NCBI RefSeq assembly: GCF_001194135.2
Contig: NC_068987.1
Span: 72,559,501-72,623,500, forward strand
Direction of reading: 5' to 3'
DNA: 64,000 nucleotides
Origin: Octopus bimaculoides
Lineage: Eukaryota
The notes under the pieces are model-generated. The model did no database searches. It saw only the letters and a program-made list of their open reading frames with translations, and was not told the DNA's origin. The position numbers and the translations under genes are program-made. Positions within the stretch are counted from its first letter, which is position 1. The number at the start of each line of letters is the position of its first letter. Of this stretch, positions 11,994-24,220 are shown in pieces.

Positions 11994-14900
11994 NNNNNNN
12001 NNNNNNNNNNNNNNNNNNNNNNNNNNNNNNNNNNNNNNNNNNNNNNNNNNNNNNNNNNNNNNNNNNNNNNNNNNNNNNNNNNNNNNNNNNNNNNNNNNNN
12101 NNNNNNNNNNNNNNNNNNNNNNNNNNNNNNNNNNNNNNNNNNNNNNNNNNNNNNNNNNNNNNNNNNNNNNNNNNNNNNNNNNNNNNNNNNNNNNNNNNNN
12201 NNNNNNNNNNNNNNNNNNNNNNNNNNNNNNNNNNNNNNNNNNNNNNNNNNNNNNNNNNNNNNNNNNNNNNNNNNNNNNNNNNNNNNNNNNNNNNNNNNNN
12301 NNNNNNNNNNNNNNNNNNNNNNNNNNNNNNNNNNNNNNNNNNNNNNNNNNNNNNNNNNNNNNNNNNNNNNNNNNNNNNNNNNNNNNNNNNNNNNNNNNNN
12401 NNNNNNNNNNNNNNNNNNNNNNNNNNNNNNNNNNNNNNNNNNNNNNNNNNNNNNNNNNNNNNNNNNNNNNNNNNNNNNNNNNNNNNNNNNNNNNNNNNNN
12501 NNNNNNNNNNNNNNNNNNNNNNNNNNNNNNNNNNNNNNNNNNNNNNNNNNNNNNNNNNNNNNNNNNNNNNNNNNNNNNNNNNNNNNNNNNNNNNNNNNNA
12601 CCCTTCTTTCTTTAACTCATCCATAAAACTCTAGTTAAACATGAGCCAACAAGGGAGCTTTCGTGTGGTTACTTGATCTGTTAGAAATAGTAACTAAATT
12701 CTCAATAATAACACCTTGCCATCTTAAAAAAATAAGTCATTAGATAATGAAATCCTAAACACCCTATGTCTGGAAAAAAAAGTAGGGATTGGATTGTCTT
12801 TTGATCACAAGGTCTTGTTTGAGCAGAAGTGACCTGGAATTAAACAACAACAACAGTTCTAGTCAAACACAAACCCATATACTGAACATCTGGGATGCTG
12901 GTTGTATAATTTGGTCATATCTAGACATGTTATTAGTCCTACATGTTGTAGGTTTATTCAGGTAGGATTGGCTGAAAATACTCAACAATAACTCCAACAA
13001 AACTAATTATGACACTGAAAGATCATTTCAATGCTCATATAGACTAACTATATGAATGTGCCAAACCATAATTGGCATAATTATATGAAGTGTACCAGGA
13101 CATACAATATTTTTTGCTTAATATCAACTAGAACATGATTTATAACAAGCTGATCATCCTAAGATAATATAAACACCTTTAAAATATAACAATATAAATA
13201 CCAAATATATAAGTTTTCACCTATTAAGCCCATCTTCAAAAATGAAAGAATTTAATATCTATATCCACACTATGTTTTAACTGATGCAATCTTTGACTGT
13301 CATTAGGTATCCTGTTCCTAGAATATGAAACATAATGATGGTCAGATGTAGTCTGAAAATTTATAACTTAGATGTTATTAGAACAGAGCAATATTAAATT
13401 AGTCTAATGAGAGTACGTTTAACCTAAAATCACCAAAACAGAAATAGTATCGGTCAAGCATAAGTGGTTTTAGTTTCAGAAGTACGTCTTTAACTCATAC
13501 CAAGTACTTGAACTCAACAGCTCAGGTCACCAGCTTGCTGGATGAAGTGTTTGTAACCTCTAACTCGTCTTTCACTGGGTCCATGGCCAAAATCCTTAAC
13601 CCTTACAAACCCAGGCCACTTTGCAGCAAAAAAGGACACCATAAAGGTGTAGCTCATTGCTAGAAGCAGAAGATGCATTTATAATTAATAAATGTGTGAC
13701 TAACTTTAAGTACTGAGTTCAAAACCTGTTGTAGTTATTATGACTTTAGCTAAAGTATGTTGGATTGGAACATACAAATGAGATGAGGACTCAGCAAGCT
13801 GCATCACAGGTTATTCATCTATGAGAGCAGTTACACCAAATAACAACTAGAGGATAACCATTTAGTCCTCTTTGTTACAGAAGGACAACCTTTTCCATTG
13901 CCAGTAGCATGTTAAAATGCACTCAGTTGACTCTGTAAAGTGGCTGGTGATAGGAAGGATATCCAACTAAAGAAAACATGCCAAATATGGAATGTATGCG
14001 CAAGACATGGATTCAGTAAGACACATCACATACTACTTATCTAGGAGGACAGAAACAGTGAATAAGAACTGGTAGTGGGTAGAGAAAAGGCTTTAGTCCT
14101 CACTAGAGTGGCTATGCTTCCAGTGAAGACAGCCTTTCTAGAGCTGGTGGAATGACAAATTGTACCTAGTCCACAATTTGTGGAATCACAAATTGCATCC
14201 AATGCATACCAAAGATAGCCAGTTTTCTGTTTGTATGCAAAATAATGCAAACTGTAAAGATTTATTCAACTCTTGCCAGCATGGAAAACACACATGAAAT
14301 GATGATAGTGATGGTGATGGTGGCAATGATGATGATGATGATGATGATGATGGTTGATTTATCTGATTAGGAAAGGTCAGCTAATTGATTCTATTTGTCA
14401 TATTTTCATTAAAAAAACAAAATAATGGTTACTGATAACTCTATTGACACACATTTTGATGCTTGGTGTAAACTCTTGAGTTATACTATTCCCACACAAA
14501 AAAGTCATTACAATGAAAACACTAGGTATATTCAAAGTGTGTGACACAATTGACATGCAAACATAAACACACTTGAACAAATAATCCAAATACACAGACA
14601 GACACACACATTACAAACTACACTCCAGGAAGGAAGTCTTATACAATGATATATCTAAATGATGTCAAGTGATAACTGAGAGTCGCCAATGAGGTATCCA
14701 TTCTTCTCTCATGTCTTTCTTATATCTAAACAACCTTCCTCACACATAAACATACTAAAGAGAAGCCTCTATGCTAGCAATAACAGTCAAATCCATCCAA
14801 ATCATATCCTACTATCTTAAGGAAATAAATTTTCTTTTCATTTTTAATAAAAAAAGATGGCAATTCCCATGACCCTTTATAGCTGAGGTCCCCAGCATTT

Positions 14901-15859
14901 TTTTTTTTGCACTACAGACTCATTTTATACCAGACAATTTTTTCATAAACCAAGGGATCCCATGCATAACAAAACAAATAAAGTGCATATATAATGTAAT
15001 TATTACATATATAATACATGTATATTACACATATAACACATATAATGTTAGAACATCCTACAGACTAGTATTATAGTCAACAGAATAGAAATAAAATTTT
15101 AATGGCCCTCGACCTCTTATTACAGGACCTCTAATACTGATAGAAGGGAAGATGGAGACATCCTAAAGCTGGAGACCTGGCCCAAGTACTTGCAACACAG
15201 TGGCACCAAATAAAGGCACCAAAGATGCCAGATGATGGTGTTAAATTTGGGCAACAGATTAACTCTACAACTTAAGTAAGACATGACGGGATCAACACAG
15301 AATACAAAGAGCCAGAACAAATACTACCAAACATCTGGTTTGACAGTTCTTATAGATCCACCAACCCACCACACTGGATTGGTACATTTTTATCAACCCC
15401 AAAAGTACAAAAGCCAATGCTGACCCCAGTGGGATTTGAACTCAGAGCATAGAGATTCAGAACAAATACCTCGAGACATTCTGTCTACCAAATCCACCAA
15501 CAAGGCTTTGGTCAGCCCAAGGCTATAGTAGAAGACATTTGCCCAAGGTGCTATGCAGTGGGACTGAGCCCAGAACGATGTGATTGGAAAGTAAGTGTCT
15601 TACTACACAGCCATGCCAGTATAGAAATTAAAAAAAAGTGTTCCACTTTGTGCTTTATATTATTATTCAAAGAAACCCTTCAAGGAAACAGTTCAAAGAA
15701 CAAATCTATACACATAACCAAGTATCGCCCACCAAAAGATTAGGTCATTTATTTGACCCTGGCTAACAGGTTAATGTTGGATAATGACTGAGAGAATATG
15801 ATAGCAAATACAAGCAACCAGAATGGGGTTCCTCAAAAGGATTTTTGGAGTAATGTTAC

Positions 15860-16200
15860 TCAATAGTGCATAGCTCGGAGATCAAGGAGTTTCTCAAGGT
15901 TAAGCTGCTACTTTTCTGCATTGAGAGGTCACAACTTCGGTACTATGAACATGTGATTAGAATGCCACAGGAAAGTATCACAAGATGGATTCTTCAAGCT
16001 GAGCCAACTGGCAAGAGACATAAGGGTAGACTAAAAATGAGATGGTTGGATAATATCCATAATTTCAGTTGGTTGCACTTGGGAATCCAGCTCGAAAAAG
16101 TATTGACAGTCGCTTCGGAAAGGGCCTTATGGAAGGAATGCCTGAGGACTCTAACCTCCATGACCCTCCCAACAATAGTGAGCAGAGAAGAAAGGCAGAA
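15860..16200 (+). mobile_element. RTE-clade LINE 3' fragment (decayed)
   Basis: Translation ERSQLRYYEHVIRMP...EPTGKRHKGRLKMRWLDNI resembles the RTE ORF C-terminus (LRWxGHVxRM...GKRxRGRPxxRW). Confidence 0.8.
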
Positions 16201-17319
16201 GGATGTAGTGTAAATACAGCTTGGTCATAACTTAGACATCAGTATATACAACTTGATGTAAACACGCATTCATATTTACAAAACAACGTAGAAACATGCT
16301 GGGTCAGTCGTTATCTAAAATATATTTACAACCAATATAAAATACTGCGCTTTGCACCAGCAATGGAATGCACATTAACTCATGTCATCTACACCAAGAG
16401 ACAACAAGCAAATGAGAGAGCCTGTATGTGATTGTTTGAACTGATAGAAATGATGCCCAGACCATCCCTCAAACCAGACTCTGTTGTCTTAAAAAGGTCA
16501 CACAGAATAATATAGTCCTAGGTTAACTGCATATTATCCTCATTGTTATGTTATCATTTCAATATCTTACTTTTGCCATGCTCACATGGGTTTGAGAAAT
16601 TCAATGAGACAGATTTTCTATGGCCAGATGGCCTTCTTGTCATCCGCCATCACCTGTTCTGAAGGATGATAATATTTCCACATGCCCAGACATGTTTTCA
16701 TGGAAGATTGGAAACAATGACAGAGGCACTCATTTACATCTACTGCACACTGTCAAGACAAAGAAACCTCAACATCCTCACACACAAAAATACACACACA
16801 CACACGCACACACACACACACATTTGCCAGCTTCTTCAGTTTCTGTCTACCAAATTCACTCACAAGGCTTTGGCTAACCTGGCATTATAGTAGAAGACAC
16901 TTACTCAAGGTGCCATGCTGCAGGACTGAACCGGAACACATATAATTGGGAAGAGAACTTATTAACCAACTAGCCGTGCTTGCACATAGGAAAAAAAAAA
17001 GGAATAGTCAAAGCCGGAATGTCTTTGATCACAGGTTTGCTTAACTAAGGCAGGGACTAAACAACAATAATAACAACCAGAAAACAAGTATTCTCAATGA
17101 AATATTATTTACAAATAATGATATACAAGTTTATTTAAATACTCAAACCTACCACCACTATGTATGAAATAAACACACATGCACACACATACATTCACTG
17201 AGCCAATGAGAGAATCTCTACATGGTTAAGAAATAGCCAAATCTCCTTCATATTACACTCTACCATTAAAGAAAAAAGGAAGTACACATTGGATAAGGCA
17301 GTCATTGATATGCTAAAGT

Positions 17320-17656
17320 AAAGACCTCCTTCGGTCATGAATAACCATAGGATTGCACCTAGAAAATACCTTTCCAAAGCACAAGTCGAGGCAAGGTTGT
17401 TTATGGAAGACCAGTAGTTGCCCATGCATACCAGCCTCTCCTTTCCACACAACCAATGTTATTCAAGGGAAAGGCAAAAGCTGATACAGCTTGGCACCAG
17501 TGATATCACAACTCATTTCTACAGCTGAGGGAACTGGAACAACATAAAACAAAGTGTCTTGCTCAAGAACACAACACACTGCCTGGTCTGGGAATCGAAC
17601 TCACTACCTCACAATTGTGAGTCCGATGCTCTAACCACTGAGCCATGGACCTTCAC
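17320..17656 (-). mobile_element. tRNA-headed SINE family E
   Basis: Matches 21360-21615 (CATGCATACCAGCCTC...CTTGCTCAAGAACACAAC...CTAACCACTGAGCCA). Confidence 0.75.
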
Positions 17657-19559
17657 TATTGATCTACTATGTTTGAATAAAAGACAGGATAGTTATGGCT
17701 GGAACACCTTTGTACATAAACCATTTGGATCAGGGCTGAGTTGGCGTCTTAATAATAAGTCCCAAAACACATACACACAAAGTAATAGTCAAATTTCAAC
17801 ATTAATGTATCAGCACTAACACTTACTGAACATGGATATTGATAGCTGTCAACACAGTACCTAATTAGATATTGATAGCTTTCACACAACACCTAATTAA
17901 TCTAGAAGCAAAAACAAAAAAAGAGAGAGAGAGAGAGAAACCTGATTCAGCAAGAAAGCATCTGCATGGTTGAACAACCTGCAGGACATAGCAGACAAAC
18001 CTTCCTAATAACTCACTCACTGCTAAAAACAGAAGTGAGGTGGAGAAGACGTGTTAGACAATACAGTCAGTCCTGGTAGTCTAAGAAATCTTCCATCAGA
18101 TTCTGGATGTCATCCAAGTACACTATGTCTCAAGAGAAAGAACTACAAAGACAGAGTGCCTTTGATTATATTGATCTGCTTGATCAAAATGAGACCTAGG
18201 GTTAAACAGCAACAACAACTCATAATAATATACCATATTTGATGGTATATAAGACACTTATTTTCTCCCCAAAAATGTCTAAAAGGAAAACCATCCTGGG
18301 TCCTATATGTGATTTTGGGTCTCCCATAAGCTTTAATGTACTAAAATCTTTTTTTTCTTACATATATTGCTGCTGAAACTGAGATGTGTCTAATACATTT
18401 ATGTGGGGTTTTTTATGGGTTTTTTATGCTATTAAGTATAGTAGATAATACAGAGATAAACACTAGACATGCTTGAGCCAACATGGGTCTCTACAGACTT
18501 CTTAAGTTCCTAGAAACAGCATCCAAATCTCATTAAAATCACACCCCACTATCTTAGGAAAGGACACATTAGATAATGCAGTGCTGAATTCCCTGCACAT
18601 AGGAAAATAATAGGCAGTCATGGTTGGAATGCCTTTCATAATAGTACTGTTCAGCCAGAGCTGACCTGGGGTTAAACAATAATAGATATACACTTATTAG
18701 AACTTATAATACTCAGGTAAACAAGAAGACATACAAACACAACGAAGAAAGTAAAAATATAAATCTCTTATTCTAGGATCATACATAATACAAACAAAAA
18801 TATCTGTTGTACACATAAGTGTCTGGAAGTTCATCATATGCGCGCGCGCACGCGTGTGTAAATGTCCCCCACCACCACTTGAGGTCCAGTGTTGGTTTGT
18901 TTACATCCCCATAACCCTAGGAATTCAGCAAAAGAAACTGTCAAAATAAGTACCAGACTTAAGAAAATAAATACTGAAGGTGATTTCTTCAGCTAAATCC
19001 TTCAAGGTGATGCTCCAGCAGGGCTGAAACAAGTAAATTGTCAAAGATAAAAATATTGAAAAAAAAAAAAAAAGGATGCTAACTATGTTCAGAAAGATAA
19101 TGACAGAAATATGAAAATACATAATTAACTTGCAACTACTGGATAAAACATTTAACCAGTTAAACTATTACAAAAAAAAATTAAAAAGAAATTTTTTTTA
19201 AATTCCAGCTAAACTGACAAATCGCACACAAAAAAGATGGTCCTAGAATGTTCCTTACATCCATTTCAATGAAAGAATTGAAAGAATATATCTAACTAAA
19301 CCTGCAGAATTTCTTTGTTTTGCCCAGCTAGCCTTGAGAAGAAGAAAGAACACTTCATTGGCATGGCTTCTTCAGTGATATATTTTCTCAAAAACTCTTG
19401 TCAAGCAAGAAATAGCACCAGAATGCTTGTTTTGTAATCTTCATAATACAGAGAAATATTTGCACTGAGATATAATTGATACTTGAGACCAGATGAATTC
19501 TTAGAAAGTGTTTGTGTGTGTGTGTGTGTATGTGTGTGTGAGTGTGAGTGAATGAGTGA

Positions 19560-19610
<51 letters not shown>

Positions 19611-20134
19611 AGGAAGAGATATCATTCTTAGCAGAATTATCTAGACTGTACCATCTATAATTATGTTGCTTTATTTTCAAAGCAGAAATTTATCTTGAAG
19701 TACATTGCTATGTGTGTATTGTTCCTACGTTTTAGCTTTCCATAGTAAAGATAATCAAATGAATTTAAAAACAAACATTTATTTATTTATTTATCTTGTT
19801 ATTTTTTCTTTTTATTTCTTAATCAGAACATTTACATAACTTCAGTCACTGGTTGGGAGGTAACAAGAGGAGAAACTTTGATGCATTAGATACAAGTCTA
19901 TCAGAAGGGTTTACACAATTTCCCTCTATCAAGTTTCACAAACAAGGCTCGGGCTGTCTTGAAGCTATGATAGAAGACACTTGCCCATGTAGTGGGATTG
20001 AACTGAAAACCACAGTTCAGTTTTTGCTTACATAACTATACCAGTCCACCATTGTTTTAATGCCCACTTTTTCATCCTTGCATGGGTCAGATGGAGTTTA
20101 GTGAAGCAAATTTTCTATGACTGGATGTCATGAA

Positions 20135-20560
20135 AGAGAAGCTTCAGAAAGATTTACTGCAGGAGTGTGCATAAGGTACAAAAGAGTAAACTCAATGCAG
20201 TTAAACAGATTTAAAGTTATTAACACCCTAGCAATACCTACAGAGACATACAGCTTACATAAGCAACTGGGAACTGAACAACAATAAGAGACAAGACACC
20301 AAAACAAGAAAGATGCTGACCATAGAGAAAATGCACCATTCAAGATCAAGAATTAACAAGCTGTATCTATCAAGAGCTTTTGAAAGATAAGGTCCAGTTC
20401 AACTCTAATTAACCTTCAGGATTACAACTACTGGGCAGAAAACATATTCAACAAAAATAAATTACTCGTTCCTGCAAATCGTAAACTATAAGATCTGCTC
20501 CATCACAAAAGAAGTTGTGTAATTCTTGAAAGAGTTTGCAGTCCTTGAAACTCCACCACC
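20135..20560 (+). mobile_element. Decayed R4/Dong-like (RLE-type) non-LTR retrotransposon fragment
   Basis: Frameshifted translation KSKLNA..FKVINTLAIP..NWELNN..DTKTRKMLTIEKMHHSRSRINKLYL resembles the post-RT region of R4/Dong elements as I recall it. Confidence 0.65.
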
Positions 20561-23500
20561 ACTCTATAGTAATAAGCTAGAAAGTCATGGCTTTGAAGTC
20601 AGCACATTGACCTCAATGCCACTAAAGTCTCTAACATAGCAAATAGACAAGGAATGTATTAAACAATTAATGAAAGCAGTCAATCAATATATTCATTTAC
20701 TACATCAATCTTAGTGAAGAGTTGTTGTTTAAACCCAAGACAGTCCTGAAGATTGAGGTCAGACTCTATGATTGAAGACATTCCAGCCTTGACAATCCAG
20801 TCTTTTTATACAGACACAGTGTATCTACAATTACATTATTCAATGTCTCTTTTTCAAAACAGATGTAATTAGAAGATTTGATTGTTATTTCTAGCAGGGT
20901 GAGTGATGATACAGAGTCCCACATTGGTGCGTAATCCCTTCGTGGTTCAGTAATTATAGGGTGGAGTTCTATGACATTATGACTCAATAGCGAAGGCACA
21001 TAGTTTAGTGGTTAGGATGTTTGACTCATGATTGTAAGATTGTGGTTTCAATTCCTAGACTAGGCAATACATTGTGTTTTTGAGCAAAATACTTCATTTC
21101 TCATTGCTCCAGTGCACACAGCTGGTAAAAATGAGTAATCCTGTGACAGACCGGTGTCACATCCGGGGAGTAATATATATACCAGAGAAACTGGGAAACA
21201 AGCCCCTATGCTTCTTACAGAGTAATGTGGACTAATCCATGAATCAATGAAGCAGAGGATTTGAGTTCAAAGCCTACAAGTACTGAGTTGTGTTTATAAT
21301 CTTCATGTTTGTCTCAGGGAAGCTGACTACAAAAAAAAAAATCCACAGCCATCACTCACTTATGGAAGACCAGCAGTCACCCATGCATACCAGCCTCCTC
21401 TCTCCATACCACTGATGTTATCCAAAGGAAAGGCAAAAGCTGATACAGCTTGGCACCAGTTATGTCACAACTCATTTCTACAGCTGGGTGAACTGGAGCA
21501 ACATGAAATAAAGTGTCTTGCTCAAGAACACAACACAACAGCCCAGTCCAGGAATGAAACTAACTCCCTCATTATTGTGAGCCTAATGCTCTAACCACTG
21601 AGCCATGTGCCTTCAAGAGTACAAAACTGAAATAACAAATGTGGTTGATATAAACAACTAAAACTCTCAAAGGTAGTACCCCAGCATGGCCATAAGTTCA
21701 GTGACTGAAACCAGTAAACAAATAACTATGTAATTATAGTTAAAAGAAAAATATTTGAAATATTTACACAAACATTCATATTTTGAAAATTAGAAATGAC
21801 AGAAGATAAAAAGAACAAAAACCAAAAATAAATAAATAAAGTACAAATGAAACAACAAATACTTTGTTCTAAGACAATGACAACAAACTACAATAATCAC
21901 ATAAGTTAATTAGATCTCTTTGAATAATCTCTCACATCACTATCATCACCACCATTTAAATATCTATGCTTTTCCATGCTTGCATGGGTCAGCCAGAATT
22001 CATTCAGGCAAATTTCTATTGTCCAGATGCCCTTATTGTCACCAACCCTCACGCAAGGTAATTTTTTCCCCATGGTCACCAGTACTTTCACAGAAGACTG
22101 GTATCAGGTATGGTATAGGCCATGTCTGTGCCTATACCATACCTGACATATAGATAGACATCATGTATCTCTCTCTCTTTCGTGTGTGTGTGTGTGTGTG
22201 TGTGTTTTACATATATGTCTATGTGTGTAAGAGACAGAAAACTAACAAAGCAATCTATCATATATTTTTCAGGCCTAGTGTATCCCAGGCTACACTATTT
22301 TATTGTTTTCAGGCTGACCATTTTCTTTAAGATGGCAGTGATGTTTGAAGGTAATTTGACTATTATTTCTAACAGGTGAAATGACAGCATGGAGGCTCCT
22401 TCAGTAAGGTATATAAAATTATGTTATGTGGGACCAAACTTGAAATCATGTGTTCAGAAGTTTGCTTCCCTGACAAATGAATAGGTAAGATGTGGTAGGG
22501 TAAACTGTAGAACAAGAGGAAACTGGTGATAGTGTATGCCAGCAATAACTAGTTTATAGGAGGGAGTTCAGTAAGTTCAATTGCTGTGAAAGGTGAAGGA
22601 TCTAATGTTATAGGCTCTTGACCTTATCTGAGAGAGAGAAGGGGATTGAAGGAATAATTGTAAAGCAAGGTAGAAGGGCTGTGAAAGAGGGATGTAAGGG
22701 GAGTTAGCAGTAAGCAAAGGAGGAGGGAACCAAGAGAATGTAGAAGGAGCCAATATCTCAGGGTAAACAGATGAAAGAGAAGAATGGAAAAATGAGTGGG
22801 AGACACAAAAATATGAACAAAATATTGGACTAGAAATTTCAAGTTTGTTGATTTTAATTGAATAACAATCTATTTTTATGTTGTAATTAAACAACAGCAT
22901 TGATGGCTACAGGTTTCCAATGGATGCATCACTTGTTCACTGCACTTATGACAGTAACTGTGGCAGGTAAGTATCAGTAACTCAGTGCAGAACAAATATT
23001 GCAAAGGACTTCATTCAAAGAGCATCATTTGCTTTACTTTTTTTGCTGATGTTTACATCCTCTCTGAAAGATAAACACGCTTGCACACACATGTTTTTAA
23101 ATTCTTTTTAGTTGAATGGAAGGGGCAGTGCCTATGACCCTTTACAGGGCCTATGAGACTGGTGGGAGGGAGAGAGGAAAATATCCTAAAACTGAGGACC
23201 CAGTGTGAATGCTTCTAACAGAATGGATCCTATTAAAAGTACTCAAAAGTTTCAGGTGATTGTGGTGTGAAACCAGGTGACGGATTAAAAGTTTTTAGGT
23301 TTTTTTACTCGAATCAAGCCTCATATGTCTACAATAAACCTCACGGCTGCATTAGTCACTTTGGTGTGTGTACATGTATATGAGAGAGAGAGGAAGAGAG
23401 TAAAAGATCCACTTTTGTGTAGTTTCATGTATTGAATTTTGCTATTTACAAAGTATTAGTTAACCTCAAGTTATAGTAGAAGACTCTTTTCCAAGGTACC

Positions 23501-23689
23501 ATAGTGTGATTGGACCAAACACCATGTGGTTTTGAAGCTAACTTCTTAATGATACAGCCATGTCTATATCCATGGTAGTCGGCTAGTTATTTGATCCACA
23601 AAAAAAATGAAAGGCAAGTCAACTCTGGGAGGATTTCAATATAAATGTTGTGTGGCAGTGTTCCACACGTGCGTGCATGCGTGTGTGCG

Positions 23690-24220
23690 TGTGGTACTGT
23701 TTTGTTAAGCATACCTGTTGAGGCAAGTGAAATTGAAATCGATGACAGCACCGCATGACTGGCATCTGTGCTAATGGCGCGCTCAGAGTACCATCCAAGC
23801 ATGATCATTGCCAGGTCCGCTGACTGGCCCCTATGCCGGTGGCAAGTAAAAAGCACCATTCAAGCGTGATCATTACCAGCGTTGCCTTACTGGCACTTGT
23901 GCCAGTGGTACGTGAAAATCGACATTCAAGTGAGGGTGTTGCCAGTGCCGCTGGACTGGCTCCCATGCAGGTGACATGTAAAAACACCATTTAAGTGTGG
24001 CCGTTGCCAGTACCGCCTGACTGGCCCTCGTGCTGGTGGCACGTAAAAGCACCCACTACACTCTCAGAGTGGTTGGCGTTAGGAAGGGCATCCAGCTGTA
24101 GAAACTCTGCCAGATCACATTAGAGACTGGTTCAGCCATCTGGCTCACCAGTCCTCAGTCAAACCGTCCAACCCATGCCAGCATGGAAAGTGGACGTTAA
24201 ATGATGATGATGATGATGAA
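23690..24220 (+). mobile_element. SINE family A with a 5' array of ~5 diverged ~55-60-bp modules
   Basis: Repeated TTGCCAG..CTGACTGGC..GGTGGCA(C)GTAAAAAGCACCATT modules precede the standard body and (GAT)n tail. Confidence 0.75.

Noticed and set aside
11923-12634. Long ORFs spanning N-gaps (also 4085-4485, 44890-45824, 48380-49717, 51953-52582, 62074-63015)
   Set aside because: They are open only because N codons contain no stops.
13500-13670. AG/GT-bounded minus-strand segment as a possible ATG4D exon
   Set aside because: All three frames contain stops and no ATG4 motif is present.
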